Both the position numbers and the translations under genes were made by a program. Below the pieces are notes generated by a model. It did no database searches, was not told where the DNA came from, and saw nothing but the letters and a program-made list of their open reading frames with translations. From Laetmonice hystrix (lineage: Eukaryota): 64,000 nucleotides of DNA. The stretch's first letter is position 1. Each line of letters begins with the position of its first letter. Of the stretch, positions 38,101-53,100 are shown piece after piece. The stretch covers positions 28,212,001 through 28,276,000 of the forward strand of contig OZ249436.1 of the NCBI GenBank assembly GCA_965235115.1. The letters are read 5' to 3'.

Positions 38101-41100
38101 AGGCCGGATGGTAGGTGTGTCAGTTTGTCTAGTAGAGAGACATTGTAAGGCCGGATGGTAGGTGTGTCATTTTGTCTGGTACAGAGACATTGTAAGGCCG
38201 GATGGTAGGTGTGTCATTTTGTCTGGTACAGAGACATTGTAAGGCCGGATGGTAGGTGTGTCAGTTTGTCTGGTACAGAGACATTGTAAGGCTGGTGAAT
38301 ATGTACGCTAAAAACCTCCAGATATGGAGGTTTTCCTTGAACGGATCGTTAAACTATACTAACAAAAATCTACTTGATAGAAAGTAATCATAGCCACATT
38401 GGCATTTATCCAATGTCAACTGTTGGATATGGTTCATATGGTTCAATCTCATCAACCTGTAATGATTGCTGAGACTTTTTCATGTTCATGTTCAATGAAA
38501 TCGGTAGTCCTATTATCAAGCAGTGGTACTAACGGTAGAACTGAGCAACGTAAAGATAATGCTTCACAAAACCATCAATAAGATCAGATTTCCGTTTATA
38601 TAACCTAAGGGCCAACAACTTGAAATCCAGGTGAAATTTAGAGTTACAAAAAAATGCGTAGTACATATAGCCTCACCCCCTTGCACAGACTTACGTTTTC
38701 CCTTTGTCCAGGCTGGAAGATCACTTCACCGGTAGTATTTACAAAGTCCGACACGGGCCGCCCGGGCGGGTTCCGACCCCGGAGTTCCCAGGTGACGGTG
38801 ACGGTGTCAGCGTCGCCTCGAGTCCGGTCGACCGTGCACTCCCACACCACCCCCTCGTACTGCCACTGTGGGGGCATGTCCATCGTACACCGGCCTCGCA
38901 AACCGAACAAACCGTTCGCGTTGTCGTTCTTCATCACTGCAAACCACACACGGTGAAATAATTGGCAGTGTTGAAGTGGCGGTCTAGCAGGAGTAGGGGG
39001 TGGGGGTTACCCATACAACTAAGGAAGCCCTTAGGGTTGTTATGAAATGTACTAAACTTTGTAATTTGGGATGCAAGAAAAGGGACCAGAGCACGTTCTT
39101 TTACTTGAGAAATTTGGTTTGCTTCGGTTGATTCTCAAAAATGAATGCTTTGTTTTATTGCGAGCTTTGCGTCTTGGCGACTTTGCGATCTTACTTGGCA
39201 CGGATATTTTTCAGGTAAGACCCCCTTTGTCAATGTAATGCCTATGTTAACTTATTCCAACAGCCAAGATAACATCTGGATAACACAACTTCATTACCCA
39301 AAATTAATACCCTAGATAAATCCAAGCAGCAGCAGTTCTTCCCCACATTTCTCATTCTCAATCTGAACTGACAGTGTAAAAGGAAAATCAGCATTACATT
39401 GAGTTTGACATTCATTTTGTTTCCGATTTCCATACGGATTTTAAGTGTCAAAAAAACGACACTTACCAGTGAGGGCAGCCACAGCCTCAGTTCGCGAGAG
39501 TCGTGCTCCTCCTCTGGCTGCGATCAGTCTCACCGCGAACGCCTCACTGGGCTCCTCCTCGTTATCATCCACACTGTATATGGTGATGTTCTGGTGGGAA
39601 ACACCAGCCGGGAACGTTACATACCCAGAGATCGGGCGGAGATCAGCCTTGGCGGGAGTCGTAAACAACTCTTTCATTTCACTACATGAAACAAGAAATA
39701 ATCAAAGAAATCATTAAACGTTTTATTTCTTGGAATCTTAGAAATCGTTCCATTGGGGGGAGGGGTGAAAGTACCATGGCCTGTAAATATTTTTGTTGCT
39801 GCCATGTCTTTAGTCAACAACTTCAATGTTAAATTGTAAGTTCTTCTATTTCAAGGATTTTGTCAAGATTTTCTCTATCCAGAAACCATTAGATTGGGAG
39901 GGCATTACATCCATTAAGAACTGAAAGATTTATCCAGAGTATTGTTTAAAGTCTCTGAAGTTATTTTGAACGGGACCAATTCCCTGATAAAAACAAGCAG
40001 AAATGCCACGGGGATATACCTGACGTCTAGTTTACGGTTAAAGATGCGGACGTCCTGCATGTAGCCAGTAAAGAAGTCGGCCCCCGGCCACCGTGCCCCG
40101 GCCACTAACACGCCCAGTCCGTCAGTGGTCGACTCCGCTAACAGCCGTCTGAAACCAAGGTTTGATATTATTACGATGAAAGTGTCTAAACTTTGTCTCT
40201 GGTCCTTACCATGGAAACATTCACAGATTCTTCCCTTAGTCCTGTTTTCAAGGTATATAATAACCACAGAGATCACAGAACAAAAGCCATGTTAATGACA
40301 GGGGTAAGAAATCCGTAAATTTCCAGTCACTTCCTCAGAACTTCTAGTTTTGTCAATTCACGTTACAGAGAGTACATGGTTTCCATGGTTACAAGCCATA
40401 AGCAATCAGATGTTGTCAAATAAATACCAACCTTGAGCCAATCCTCTCTCCATCAACGTAGAAATCGGTAAAACCACTAGCAACAGTCACAAGGATGTGA
40501 TGCCATTCTCCATCCTCCAGATTCTTAATCACCTGGGTATTCACTGATTGAGTGTTCTGAAATCATCGTAATCCAATAACTGTCACTTGGTATGGGGCCC
40601 TCGAGGGATCAAAATTACGATCAAAATAGGCATCAAAATTATGATCAAAATAGGGATCAAAATTACGATCAAAATAGGCATCAAAATTACGATCAAAATA
40701 GGTATCAAAATTACGATCAAACTAGGCATCAAAATTACGATCAAAATAGGGATCAAAATAGATATCAAAATTACGATCAAAATAGGCATCAAAATTACGA
40801 TCAAAATAGGCATCAAAATTACGACCAAAATAGGTATCACAATAACAAAACCGTATCGACGTGTGCAAGTTAGACAGTGAATAACTACCTGGCTACAGGG
40901 TTTTTTGTCGGCCAGGGGATTCAGCGCCACCCCCACCCTCCCACCCCAATAGAAATATTGAGTTTTTATGAGGATCATATCCAATTTAAAATGCGGTTTG
41001 AAATTAAATGTATACACTGGCCAAGACCTAGTCTCCTACTTCTCATCAACCCGAAAACGGCAATTTGAAATGTCTCTTTCTTGGTTATCGCCTATCTTTC

Positions 41101-44100
41101 TTGGGGAGCCCCCCCCCCCCTCTATTTCACAAACTGGTGAAACACGCTTGCCTGGAATAATTCAAGTTGTGTAAAGTAAAAGGATTTTAGATTGTGTTTT
41201 AAATCTGACCTCGGTAGCTGCGACAGTGTAAAAGAACTCGAGGATCGCCCCGACCGATGACGTTGTGATCATTAAGGCGTAGTGGTGCTGTAGGGTGGTA
41301 GGGGAGGTCTTGGCTAGGATGAACCCACTGGTGTCGGTCAATGGTTGGATCCATGTACTGATGGTGAACCCGTCTACTATGGTATCCGCCGCCACCTGGT
41401 ATTCAGCGGGCACCTCTACATAGCACACTGAAACAGTCATATAAAACAGAATGGTAGCTTATTAAAAATGACAATCTACTACAGAAAATACACATAGAAT
41501 ACTTCACCATTTTAAAACCGAAAGTTTCTCAAATATATAATCTGAACAGTGTTTAAAAGCTTGACTACTGTGAGGAGAATACAATGTACAATCCATATTA
41601 TGTCTTGATGGGGTATTGTTATTTCTCGAATTCTGATACATTTTTGTATTACCATTAAATGACATACAGATTGTTTCTACTTAAGTGCAGATTGCGTCAC
41701 TAAAAGTTGCATTATACTTTAATAATGTAACCTTTATCCGGGCCTATAATTCCAGCAATGCGCTCTCACTCTCACCTGGGCAGCCGGAGAAGTAGAGCGC
41801 CATGGAACCGGTGCCAGGGCGCCGCTTGTCCTGGACCTCCGTTACATTGGGTGGGAACGTGCCGTAGAACAGTAGGTCGGTTGGAGCAGGCAAGACGTCC
41901 AGTCCACCCACTGGGTAGGAAAACACCTCCCACGCTACCTGAAAGGGAGAGTCTACACGATCAGCAATGGGTGAATGTATGAATGGGTGTTAAACATGGT
42001 CAGTATGCGTGATAGTTATAAGTAAAGTGTTAAATGCGATTAGCGGCATGTTCTACAAAGCATTCATGCAAAATATAATGAGGTCGGTGGGGGGGGGGAA
42101 TGTTCTGAATTTTTTAGTTTTCTTTTACCACAAACAAACCGAATTCCTTCGTCCATAACTAAATTTGTGACACTAAATTAATGGTAGACGTTTTCTAAAG
42201 AATTTTTCACCTGGACGATTAACAGCCAGCTTAAAATGTTGTTACAGTAAAACTAAATTTTCAAATCACAATGATCGCTGTATCTGCCGGTGCTGTTTGT
42301 CAAAGCGCTACACATGTATAACCGGGTTCTCCACCATTGGTCCGGATGTGATTGTAGGAGATTTTCAAATCACAATGGAGCGCTGTATCTGCCGGAGCAC
42401 GGACATTTGGGCCACGGACAATTGGGCCACGGACGTTTTGGGCCCAAATGTCTGTGGCTCAAATGTCTTACATTAGTATCTGCCAGTGCTTTTCGTCAAA
42501 GCACTACACATGTAGAACCAGGTTCTCCACCATTGGTCCGGATGTGATTGCAGGAGATTTTCAAATCACAATGGAGCGCTGTATCTGCCAGTGCTGTTTG
42601 TCAAAGCGCTACACATGTATAGCCGGGTTCTCCACCACTGGTCCGGATGTGCAGGGTGTGATTACAATCCCACCAAAGAAACCCCTAGATACCTACCATG
42701 ACCTCTCCGACCGTGCCCTGACGTCTGTAGATCGTCACCTCGGCCCTAGCTTTGTCCTCCTCTCCGGGGTTTGCGTCCTCTGCCACGGCTATATTCCTCG
42801 ATTCCAGGGGGAAGGTGAACACCCCAGACGGGTCGTCGTTCTGGATGACTTCTAACAGAACCTCAATGTTGGTCGGAGCCACAGAACCTACCACCTCACC
42901 CGGACCTTGTACGTGTAAGACGTATGTGTTAGTAACATAAAAAACTCTTACAATAATAGGTTCAAAACCTAAATGCTCACTAATAATGTCCTAACCATGA
43001 ATTCAATACAACCGTTTTTGCAATTTTAAAGCTCACCAACCATTTAATAAATAATAAAAGAGGTCTACGGAATGTTACCTATATTTTAGACAAGTTTTCT
43101 GAAATACTTAAAGTGGCGCTCTAAATTCCTCAAATACTTACCTTTGAACCTCAGTGGTACCATGTTAACATTTTTAGGATCGAGTGATAAGCGAAAGTAT
43201 TTTTAAAATAGAATAGAAAAATATGTCTCCACTGTCCTGGCTTCTACTCCGATTCCGCTGCCATAATTGGAAATAATCTATGATCTATAAATAGATTACC
43301 GCTAGCTCCCAGCTCCCGCTGGCATCAGAAAAATTGTTGACGGGTCGAACAGTAACTCGGGGCCCTATCATAACTCCATTTTAATTTTTTTTTAAATAAT
43401 AAGCGAAAGTATTTAATACTTTCGCTTATCGCTCGAATCTGAAATTTTAACATGGTGTCACGGGGTTCAAAGCTAAGTACTTAGGAATTTGGGGTTCCAT
43501 TTTAATTGTACCAGTCTCACTTCATCATCATCTTCATCATTGGACAGAAAAATGAAAAGGACTTGTTCAAATCATGAAGATGACCAACAATTGCAATTGC
43601 AGACCGGACGTAAACCCACCAAACTACCACCACAGTTCTCTATCGGAAATCTTTGTAAACCGGGATATTTACCACTAATATTGGTGAGCCTGATGATGAC
43701 ATTACCACTAATATTGGTCAGCCTGATGATGACATTACCACTATTATTGGTGAGCCTGATGATGACATTACCACTATTATTGGTGAGCCTGATGATGACA
43801 TTACCACTAATATTGGTGAGCCTGATGATGACATTACCATTAATATTGGTGAGCCTGATGATGACATTACCACTATTATTGGTGAGCCTGATGATGACAT
43901 TACCACTATTATTGGTGAGCCTGATGATGACATTACCACTAATATTGGTGAGCCTGATGATGACATTACCACTATTATTGGTGAGCCTGATGATGACATT
44001 AGCACTAATATTGGTGAGCCTGATGATGACATTACCACTATTATTGGTGAGCCTGATGATGACATTACCACTAATATTGGTGAGCCTGATGATGACATTA

Positions 44101-47100
44101 CCACTAATATGGGTGAGCCTGATGATGAAGAATTCCGAGTATTCCGGTAGGTTGTCCATGGCCGGCGTGATCAGCAGTGCTGCCTCCTGTTGTCGGTCAT
44201 CAAAAGTAACGTTACCGGTGCTCGGCTGGAAGTCGGTATTGTTGACGGGCATGCCGGTGGTAGCGTTCAGGGCAATCCAGTGGACTTGGACCTCACCAAA
44301 CACTCCCTTCTCACGGCGAACTCTGCAAAATAACGCCGTCTACGGTCAAAACAACATAACACCGTCTACGGTCAGAACAAAATAACGCTGTTTACGGTCA
44401 GAACAACATAACGCTGTCCACGGTCAGAACAAAATAACGCCCTCTACGGTCAGAACAAAATAACGCCATCTACGGTCAGAACAACATAACGCCGTCTACG
44501 GTCAGAACAAAATAACGCCGTCTACGGTCAGAACAAAATAACGCCGTCTACGGTCAGAACGAAAAGACTACATTCATACTATAAGCTCTAGCTCTGTTGC
44601 GCAAAATAGATAATTGTAAAAAAAAGAACTCAAAAGAACCAAAACGTTTCCAACCTCTTTATAACATCAAAGTATTCCTGGACTGAGAACTTGGGGGGGG
44701 GGGTCAGGGACAAAGCGGTGGGGGAGCCTAGAACAGTAGGGGTGGGTAGGCATTTTTTAAATATTAGCCCGGGCAAAAACAGCTAAACGTTGCTAACCTG
44801 AATTCCGCAGGCTCGCCCTCTGAGGTACTGAGACGGTAAGGTTCGGTGAAGTGAAAGATGCCGCTGGCGTCATCACTGGCTGAGATGATGATGGTAGCTC
44901 GGTCACTGCCGTACACAGATACGTCACCTGCAAATGGACCATAGTAAATGGTAGGACAGGTGTATTTCGCAATCAATTAAAATCAAGCAAAAACAAAATC
45001 AAGACCTTTCACGTTTTCCACCCTCAAAAATACAAGTTTCGTCCCTTTTTATCCTTTTTCTATAGGACAATATCAGTGTCATGTTACTTTCGTATCTTTT
45101 TTTTTTTTTTTTTTTAAATTCGTTTATTTAAGCTGGCCAGACGTCAGCGCAATCGCTGGTTTTCTTCCGTGCATCCGTAAAGGATTACTATACGGCTTTG
45201 TGAAATGGACAATACCAGTACGTATAGGTTATGACATTGACTACTTGTCAGATGTTTGGTTCTGTTAACACATGTTTGGGTAGACAGAAGTGATATTTCC
45301 CCCCTCATGGTGAAGGTAGTACAAAATGTATAACGGAAGTGGAACACGCTCAACGCCGCCATTCTGGTATGTCAATAATCACAGCAACACAGACATCAAA
45401 TAATTCTCCGTGCGTTAGAGTGGGACACAAATACGGCCACCTACGATAATTCTCACTCCCTTGAAAGATTTCCAGGCGTTTAAAGGACGATTTGGTGAGT
45501 TTCCTTTCATAAATACCAATCAAACTCACAAAGTAAAGGAGAGTGGATGATGTCTGCGAGGAACATTGCAGACATATTTTCTGTGAAAGGTTAGCTATTA
45601 TTTGAAACTCGTGAGACCCCGCCTTTAATCAATATTCTTGTCTCATTTATGTCTCTTGCAATGCATGTCATAACAGTGAGACACTTTCTCTGATGCCAAC
45701 TCAAACAATTTAATTCGTGTACATGTAAAACAGAAAAACAACTCAAATTTCAACCATGTCAAGTGTCCAAGGTGAACCGATATCTGTGTGCTATTTGACT
45801 GTGATTATTATCAGTTAGTAATCTGCATCCAACAATGAGGAAAGGAAAGCGGGAAATTGACCATTACCGGCTCCACTACCAGTGACAGCTTTCCAAAGTA
45901 ATACATACAAAAGTTATCACAAAGTCGTCCTTAAATACACCGTATATCTTACCACTTTGGATAATGATAGATTTCCGTTATATATTTCAATTGTACCTCA
46001 AAGGTTCATGACATTAATCATACAAAAGTTAGATTTTTTTAATTACTTGCTATAAAACAAAGGGAGGTGTATTTCAATTGCAGCTGAGTTTGCAATCTAG
46101 TTGTAGTTCCATGGCCCGATTTATTTCAAAATTTCTTGTTCGTCTTTAAGGAATGGCTATTCTGCTTCGACCAACAAATCAGTAGCGTTAAAACCATTCA
46201 CGATTATCTCTTAAAATTTTCAATGGCTCCAAAATGCAGACATCGGCTGTTAGGTTAGATAAGGCCTTAGATTACATAAATCAATAAATGTATATCGACA
46301 GAAATGGAGAAATCTAATGAAATTCAACATTCCAGTTGCCTGTTGTCGCTATAAAGCGATCGGCTTATAGCTGGTTGTTGACAAAATCGTTGACCTGGAA
46401 TTGACTTGAACAGCCAATGAAATTCATCGAGCGATGTTATTGATTTATGTCGTCCTTATCTAATGTAATAGCTCATGTCTGTATTTTGGAGTCAGTGAAC
46501 TAAGAGATAATGGTGAATGGCTTTAAACTTAAGCAAGAGCTTTAGAATACGGGGTCAGTTACATGATACTGAATCATTTAACTGTGTACCAACAACTACC
46601 AAGGCTTGTTGTGGTATTCTTCCCACTGCCACTTTTCGCCGTGTCGATAATCATGAAACGACTTATATTTACATATTATGGTGTTACAGAGTTGGTGCAT
46701 TCAATGTTGCCATCTCATTTCATCTCATTTCTTGGTTACATTTGCTCCCTACTTCGTCTTTAGAACTTGTTGTTTTATACGTATGTTTGAATTGTATTTG
46801 GATTGCCTGTATCAAACACTTGGTACTACTAAACTCAGACTTTCCTTTGTGCCGAAAACCGATAGTTTATAATTCAGTCTATAAATTAGTCTGAAGCGTA
46901 CCTTTGGGATTGAAGAGTCTGACGTAGAAAATCTCATCAGGTTCAGGCAATGTGTCGTCGACAACCTCAAGTGTTAGACTTGATTCGTTTTGTTGGCGGC
47001 CGAACGTGATGTTGCCAGCCATCGGTATGTAGTCAGCGTCTCGAGCCGTGGCCAGGCCATCCTCTGTCCTGTACATAACTGTCACCTCCGTGTCGAGAGG

Positions 47101-50100
47101 GCCCTGGCGTACAACAGTCAGTGTCGGGGACGAGGGTTCCCGGATTCTCATCACTGGCTCTACGGCACGCAAGTAACAAAACACAATACTGGAACGGTCA
47201 TAGCCGAAATATTATGATAACACCATTATAAATGTTAACTGGGTTAAAGTAGTAGCAATATCTGCCCTCTGAAAATGGGTTATCTTTTTGAGACACCCTG
47301 TATATATGAACACAATGATTTTTTTTCTGAGTTCTAATGCATCCGCATTGCATTGGCAAGAAGGAACGATTGAGAGAAAGAAGGAAGGGACAAGAGGACA
47401 CGGAAGAAGGGGCAGACAGAGGGAGAGGGTAGGAAGGAACCAAGAAACTTGAGTAAGAAAAGAAAGATGAATCAGGAGGGAGGAAAGGAAGGAGGAAGAA
47501 AGGAAGACGACGTGGCGAGGATGACAATCGCACCGAATCGTGACAGTAAAATAAAGACACCCTTTACGTGGTTTACAAGTTTACCTTTGAAGTAGATTGG
47601 GTTGTCATTGGCAGCTATGGTAATAAAAGCTGTACTTGGCGTCCCAATACTAGCACCATTCGTTGCATTGGTTAGAATCACCTCAAAAGTTTCATCACCC
47701 TCTGGGATCTAGAAACATAAGTGAAAGAATGGTGGGCATATTATCAAAAAAATGTTTACATTGTTAGAACACTGTTAGGAAGTATGACTTCAAACTCCTT
47801 CTCAACACCGTAGAGATACAGGACTTGCAAATCCAGGTAGGTCAGGACACACGATTCTCAATACTTTCTATTCTGTAGAAAATTGCGGCATTATATAAAC
47901 GCTTCTTGATCAAGCTCAATTATTCTCATCACCAAAAAATTGACCACTGAAATAACACTGAGCTTTCACTAAATATCCCTACATATATTTATTCCATTGC
48001 CTCTAGTCAGGAGGATGTATTTGTACCCCCCTCCCCCCCCCCCCCCCCCAAAAAAAAAAAAAAAAAAAAAAAAACCAGCGTCACCTGATCATCCCAGGAC
48101 TGCAGCATTATGACGGCTGTAGCCTCTCTCTCGGAAAACGTCAGGACTCCCGACTGCGGGCTGAGGTCGGGGGCCGTCTCATTGACAGCTACACTCCAAC
48201 TGACAGTCACCGATCGGAACAAACCCTGACTCCTCATCACAGTCAGACTAACAGTCCGAATGACGTCCCCCTTACTCTCCTCTGAAACCAGCCCCGTCAA
48301 CAAACAACGTTATGGCCATTTTAAATAAAAGGTGATTATTACAAGTATAGACATCTCATGATGACATCACCACAGATTTGTTGGGAAAGAGTTAAAAAAA
48401 ATCTATCACTGAACCTCAACCTTAACAACGGCCCCGCCCCCAAACCTCCCCAAAACTTGAGAATGTTTACATGTTGAAAAATAATATATTCCTTTTGACT
48501 GAACCCCTACATTTCTCATAATAAACTATGTTTTTTACTTTCACTTGTCATTACTCTTGATTCAAGCTACGCATCAGATACCCCAAATATACTGAGAAAC
48601 CTGTAGACATACGTATAGTTTGATTATGTAAGGAGGCGTCAAAGTGGATAACTCCATATGGAAAGTCGTTTTCTTTGATAGTGATGTAAATGAATCTCCT
48701 ATCGCCGATCTGGCCTGGATTTGGACCATACCCTTCCAGAATCAACGTGAAGTGTGCTTCCAGCTGTACGTGACAAATTAAACATCAGGTTATCCTTATA
48801 GGTGTAAGTCTACAGACATGCTAAAAATTCAAAGAACCACAAAAAGGTAGACCGACGGTCATTTGAATAATATCAAATTATAGAAATATATTAACTTTTT
48901 CTATGTATGATTCTTTATTTGTTAAGACCTGTGTATACAGCATATTTATATAATGCTAACGGTAATAGACCTATACCTGAATTTGATAAAAATCCATTTT
49001 TATTCCCATTGCTAATATTATTTACCTCTGCTTCGTCATCATCTATCGCCGCAATGGTAGCATTCATCTCCGTCTCGCCAGAGTAAAAGTGCATAATGTT
49101 CTTGGACCCATAAAACTGGTCCATTCTATTGCCTTCTATGTAAAACAACACCGTTCGGTTAGCAAGGTTTCCACCAAGGCGCACCACCGAAATCTCAATT
49201 CCCTCACCTTCCTATAATAAATAATGGGTAGAAACTGAATCATTATAATCTAATACGTTATACGTTAATGGGAACTGACACACATACAGATCAAACTCAT
49301 CTTGACAGGATGGCTGGTCAAATAACACCCCCCCCCCCTCCTTCCAAGACATTTTGGAAATGCAATCGCAACTGGCACTATTGCTGTCAAACGCTCACAT
49401 ATTAGACAGATGAATGTACGTATACTACGATATGTTAACAGAAATAGCACCTCTACAACGTAGTTGTCGGTCATTGTCGTCGCAAACTCAAAGATGCCTC
49501 CAGGACTGTCGTTCTCTGAGACAGTGATGTCCACTTGGCGTGCTGCCTGGTCAATACGTTGTGAGATCCCTGACTGTTCTGATCTTAGAGAGATTGTAAA
49601 CATTTCATCTGTCTCTGGTATGTCGTCAGGTAGGATGTCAAAGGTGATTTCTGCTGAGGCATCGCCTGAAAACACATTGCCGGTCGGCAAGTTATTGGTA
49701 TGTTGGGACGTTATGCAGAGAAAGGTTCGACTTTCATGTCTGGATGATAACATGGTTTACACACAAATTTGAGAAGTAAATTTCATGACTTTTTAATGAC
49801 GAAATTAACATTTTCCATGACTACTTTCTTTGAGCGTGAGGCCCAACCAAGAGAATGGTCGACAAAGCTGAAAACTACTTTAACCAAAAGTTTATACTTC
49901 TTTGAAGATGAAAGATATATCTTGCACGGAACAGATGGTTTGTGCAAAATTCCATGACTCCTAAAAAAACATAAATCCATGACTTGCCAGGGTGGTTTCA
50001 AATTCTCAATGATTTTCAATGACCATTTGAAAACGTTTTTGGCTGGGGGACCGTAAAAGCGATGACGACAGGACGAAGGCATGGAAATTGTCAGTTTGTA

Positions 50101-53100
50101 TTACTAAGGGTTTATGGAGGTGCATTACCTGGCATCATTCGGACCGTTCCGGAGGTGGGTGACAAATCGCCGTCAATGGGGCCAGAGGAGGGGTCGCCGG
50201 CTTGGACCTCCCAGTAGATGTCGGCTACCCCCTTCGTCCCACTTCTCTTCAGTCTTAGGGTGACCTTCAAAAAACATAACAACATTTAAGAGCGAGGGAC
50301 TGGCTGGGTGTCAAGTAATACTTGTTTCTACAACCGCCATAGTCTCAGTGACCGTAGGATGAGTTCACTTTTGAATTTCATACCATGTGTCATCCGAGCT
50401 TGGCTAAGAAAAAAGCAGTGGTTTTACAGGAATTTCTTTAAACATACATGAATATAATAATAGGAATTCCTCTGCACTATTTAGAGTTCTAAAAAAAAGG
50501 CGAGAAAAAAGGTAAAATATCATAAAATATTTCTATAGCAATACACAACTTGTAATCCAGAGGTAAAAACTATCAGATGGATTGACATTAGGAACGCTAC
50601 TGCTTGCTTAGTACTCGGAAACCCCGCTAGATGGCAGGACCAGTCTCTGGGCCGGTTTTCCGGCCTGTGATCGAAGCTCACTAATAACACAGGTTTGGCC
50701 GGTACACCGGCCTACGAACTCGAAGTTACATTATACATTAGGACTACATTAATCAGATAATGAGGCAGAGGATGATGATTACTTCTGTGGTCTTCTGGTT
50801 GCCCTCTGGTTCCGAAACTCTTCTCATTGTCGTGTTCTCAAAGCCAATAACGCCATTGGCTGCGTCAGCACTGATGTCTACTGCCATTATATCTGTCTGG
50901 CCGATTCTTGGACTGTTGAATCCTACGACCCCTTTATACAGCGGGTAATGAATTGATATTAGTGATTCTTTATGATACAAGGCAACGATATATCATAACA
51001 AAACTAGAGTTTTCATAGATACAGGTATCAACCCAAAACTAGTTCAATTAATGTGTAGATCCACACCATTTACAGAGTTGACGTACAGATAGGCCTACAG
51101 GGTGAAGAAATTAAACAATCGTCCCATTTCCAGACAAAACTGCTGAAGTGCACTTAATACTAAAGTCTAGTCTAGTTACCAGAGACTAGTGTAACGTTGA
51201 TGAGTTGGATCTGGAAGCGTGCTCCATACTCCAAAAATGTATTTTCCTTGACGGCCACATAGAGTAGGGTCGTTCTAATCCGTGGTTCTAACGTTATCTC
51301 GGCAGGCATGTCAGAAGTAAAAATATCTGAAGAAGTTCCATAATGGTCTTTAGGTTATGTTCACTATCAATTAGTTGAAAAAGAGGTCAGTGGTAAAAGC
51401 TATAGGCCAACTTAAGACTGAAATATGTATTACTTCCTTTTGAAATCCAGGGGGTATCGAGGAATTTGAAAGGGGGGATCCAAAGGACAAATCTGGCAGG
51501 AAAAGGTGTCAAATACGGCATATTCGGCAAGTTGTATGAGAAAAAAGAAATTTGACCCCAAATTAGGGGCTGACCCCCCTGGATCCGATAGAGGAAACCA
51601 AAATGTTCCTGTACCAATACAAATGTCATTCCAGCTACATTGTAACAAATAGGGTTGAAGACAAAGTTACAGCATTGCTAGCTGGGACTCTATAACTATG
51701 AAGTATTACCTGACTTTTCCAGGTCGCCATATATGTACTTTACGATGTAGGCTACACGGACAGTTTCAAGACTGTCAGCTGTACGTTCCAGAGCTATTCT
51801 CAGTACGGGTGGTGTCATACGCTGTGGAAACCCATCAATGTTAAAACAATGTATGAGAGCTAAGTCGTATTTTTAAGTCTTATTATCAAGTCTTCTCAAG
51901 AGAACTAGATCTATTAAGATTTCCTTAACAATGCCCTGGAGAAATTTTAAGTTAAAGTTGGTAATTATAATTACATGTATACAGAAAAAGGTCTACAAGA
52001 GTGTCTATAATTATCTGATAAACTTCTACGTAAAGGAAGTAAAATGGCTTTAACAGCACGATACTCTTACATAATTACAACAATGTTAAACAGAAGTAAT
52101 TCCTTACAAGAAGGTCCACATCATCTATGTTTACAACGCCATAGATGTCATCGCTGTCCTTAAGCATAACTTTTGCTGACGCGGGGTTTCCGATGACGGC
52201 GCCATCTGTAGCGGCTGTGAGATGAAAACGGAAAGTTTTCGCTGGCCCCCTCTCTTGGTCCTGAGGCGCCTCCAACTCCACAACCGCCTGAGTTTGTCCT
52301 TCCTCAAACACTACCTCACCCGTTACTTCTTTGACACCAGTGACTGCACCGCCATTCATACTGACCAATTGCCATCGAACTTTAACCTCGCCAAACGTGC
52401 CCTTGTCCCGGTATATCACTATGTCCGTGCTCTGGTCGGGATTGTCCTCGTCAATGTAGAAGTCCTGGTCCTGTAAGATGACGAACACTCCCTGAGGACT
52501 ATCGTTCTCCTTGATGATGACCGCCACGGTGGAAGGGTCTGTTAGTACTACGTCTCCGACGGCATCATAGAGAACGACGTAGAACTTTTCCTCTTTCTCT
52601 GGTTGGTCATCGGGGAGAATAGTCACATCTATGGTCAGGTTGTATTGCCCTTGATCAAAAACCAGGGTGCCGTTTTCGCCGGAGAAGTCTTTGGAATTTT
52701 CGGCGGTGAAAGGGACAAAGCCATAGGACACACTTGCTTGTCCTAAAGGTGGTACGCCCCAATACCCACGATCAACTTGTATTTCAAGCTCATAATTATC
52801 CTCAATGGGGTTATAATATGTTGCCTGGAAATTTAAAAAAATACTTATCATTTCACACAGGGTATATTCCATTTCTCCATGTATAATTCAACCAAACTAC
52901 ACACCAACTGTATACCATGCGTAGAATCTCCGTTCTCAGATGTAAGCGAGTAAATCTGCTCACCTGATGAAAGCGTATGGGGTCATCGTTTGCCGGTATT
53001 TGCAGCATAGCCTGTCCGTTTTTAATCATGGCCTCCTTGGCTGTTGGATCCCTACTGATCCCTCCCGCGGCCATTTCCAACGTGACGTACAGAGATTCGT

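Noticed and set aside
40583..41017. Repetitive ORFs (IKITIKIG, HQNYDQNR, ILIVILMP)
   Set aside because: Products of an intronic 24-bp minisatellite; exons 21 and 22 join in phase without them.
43489..44385. 298-aa plus-strand ORF with (LPLILVSLMMT)n hydrophobic repeats
   Set aside because: Antisense shadow of ADGRV1 exon 18 and the 33-bp array; a stop-free unit with length divisible by three keeps several frames open.
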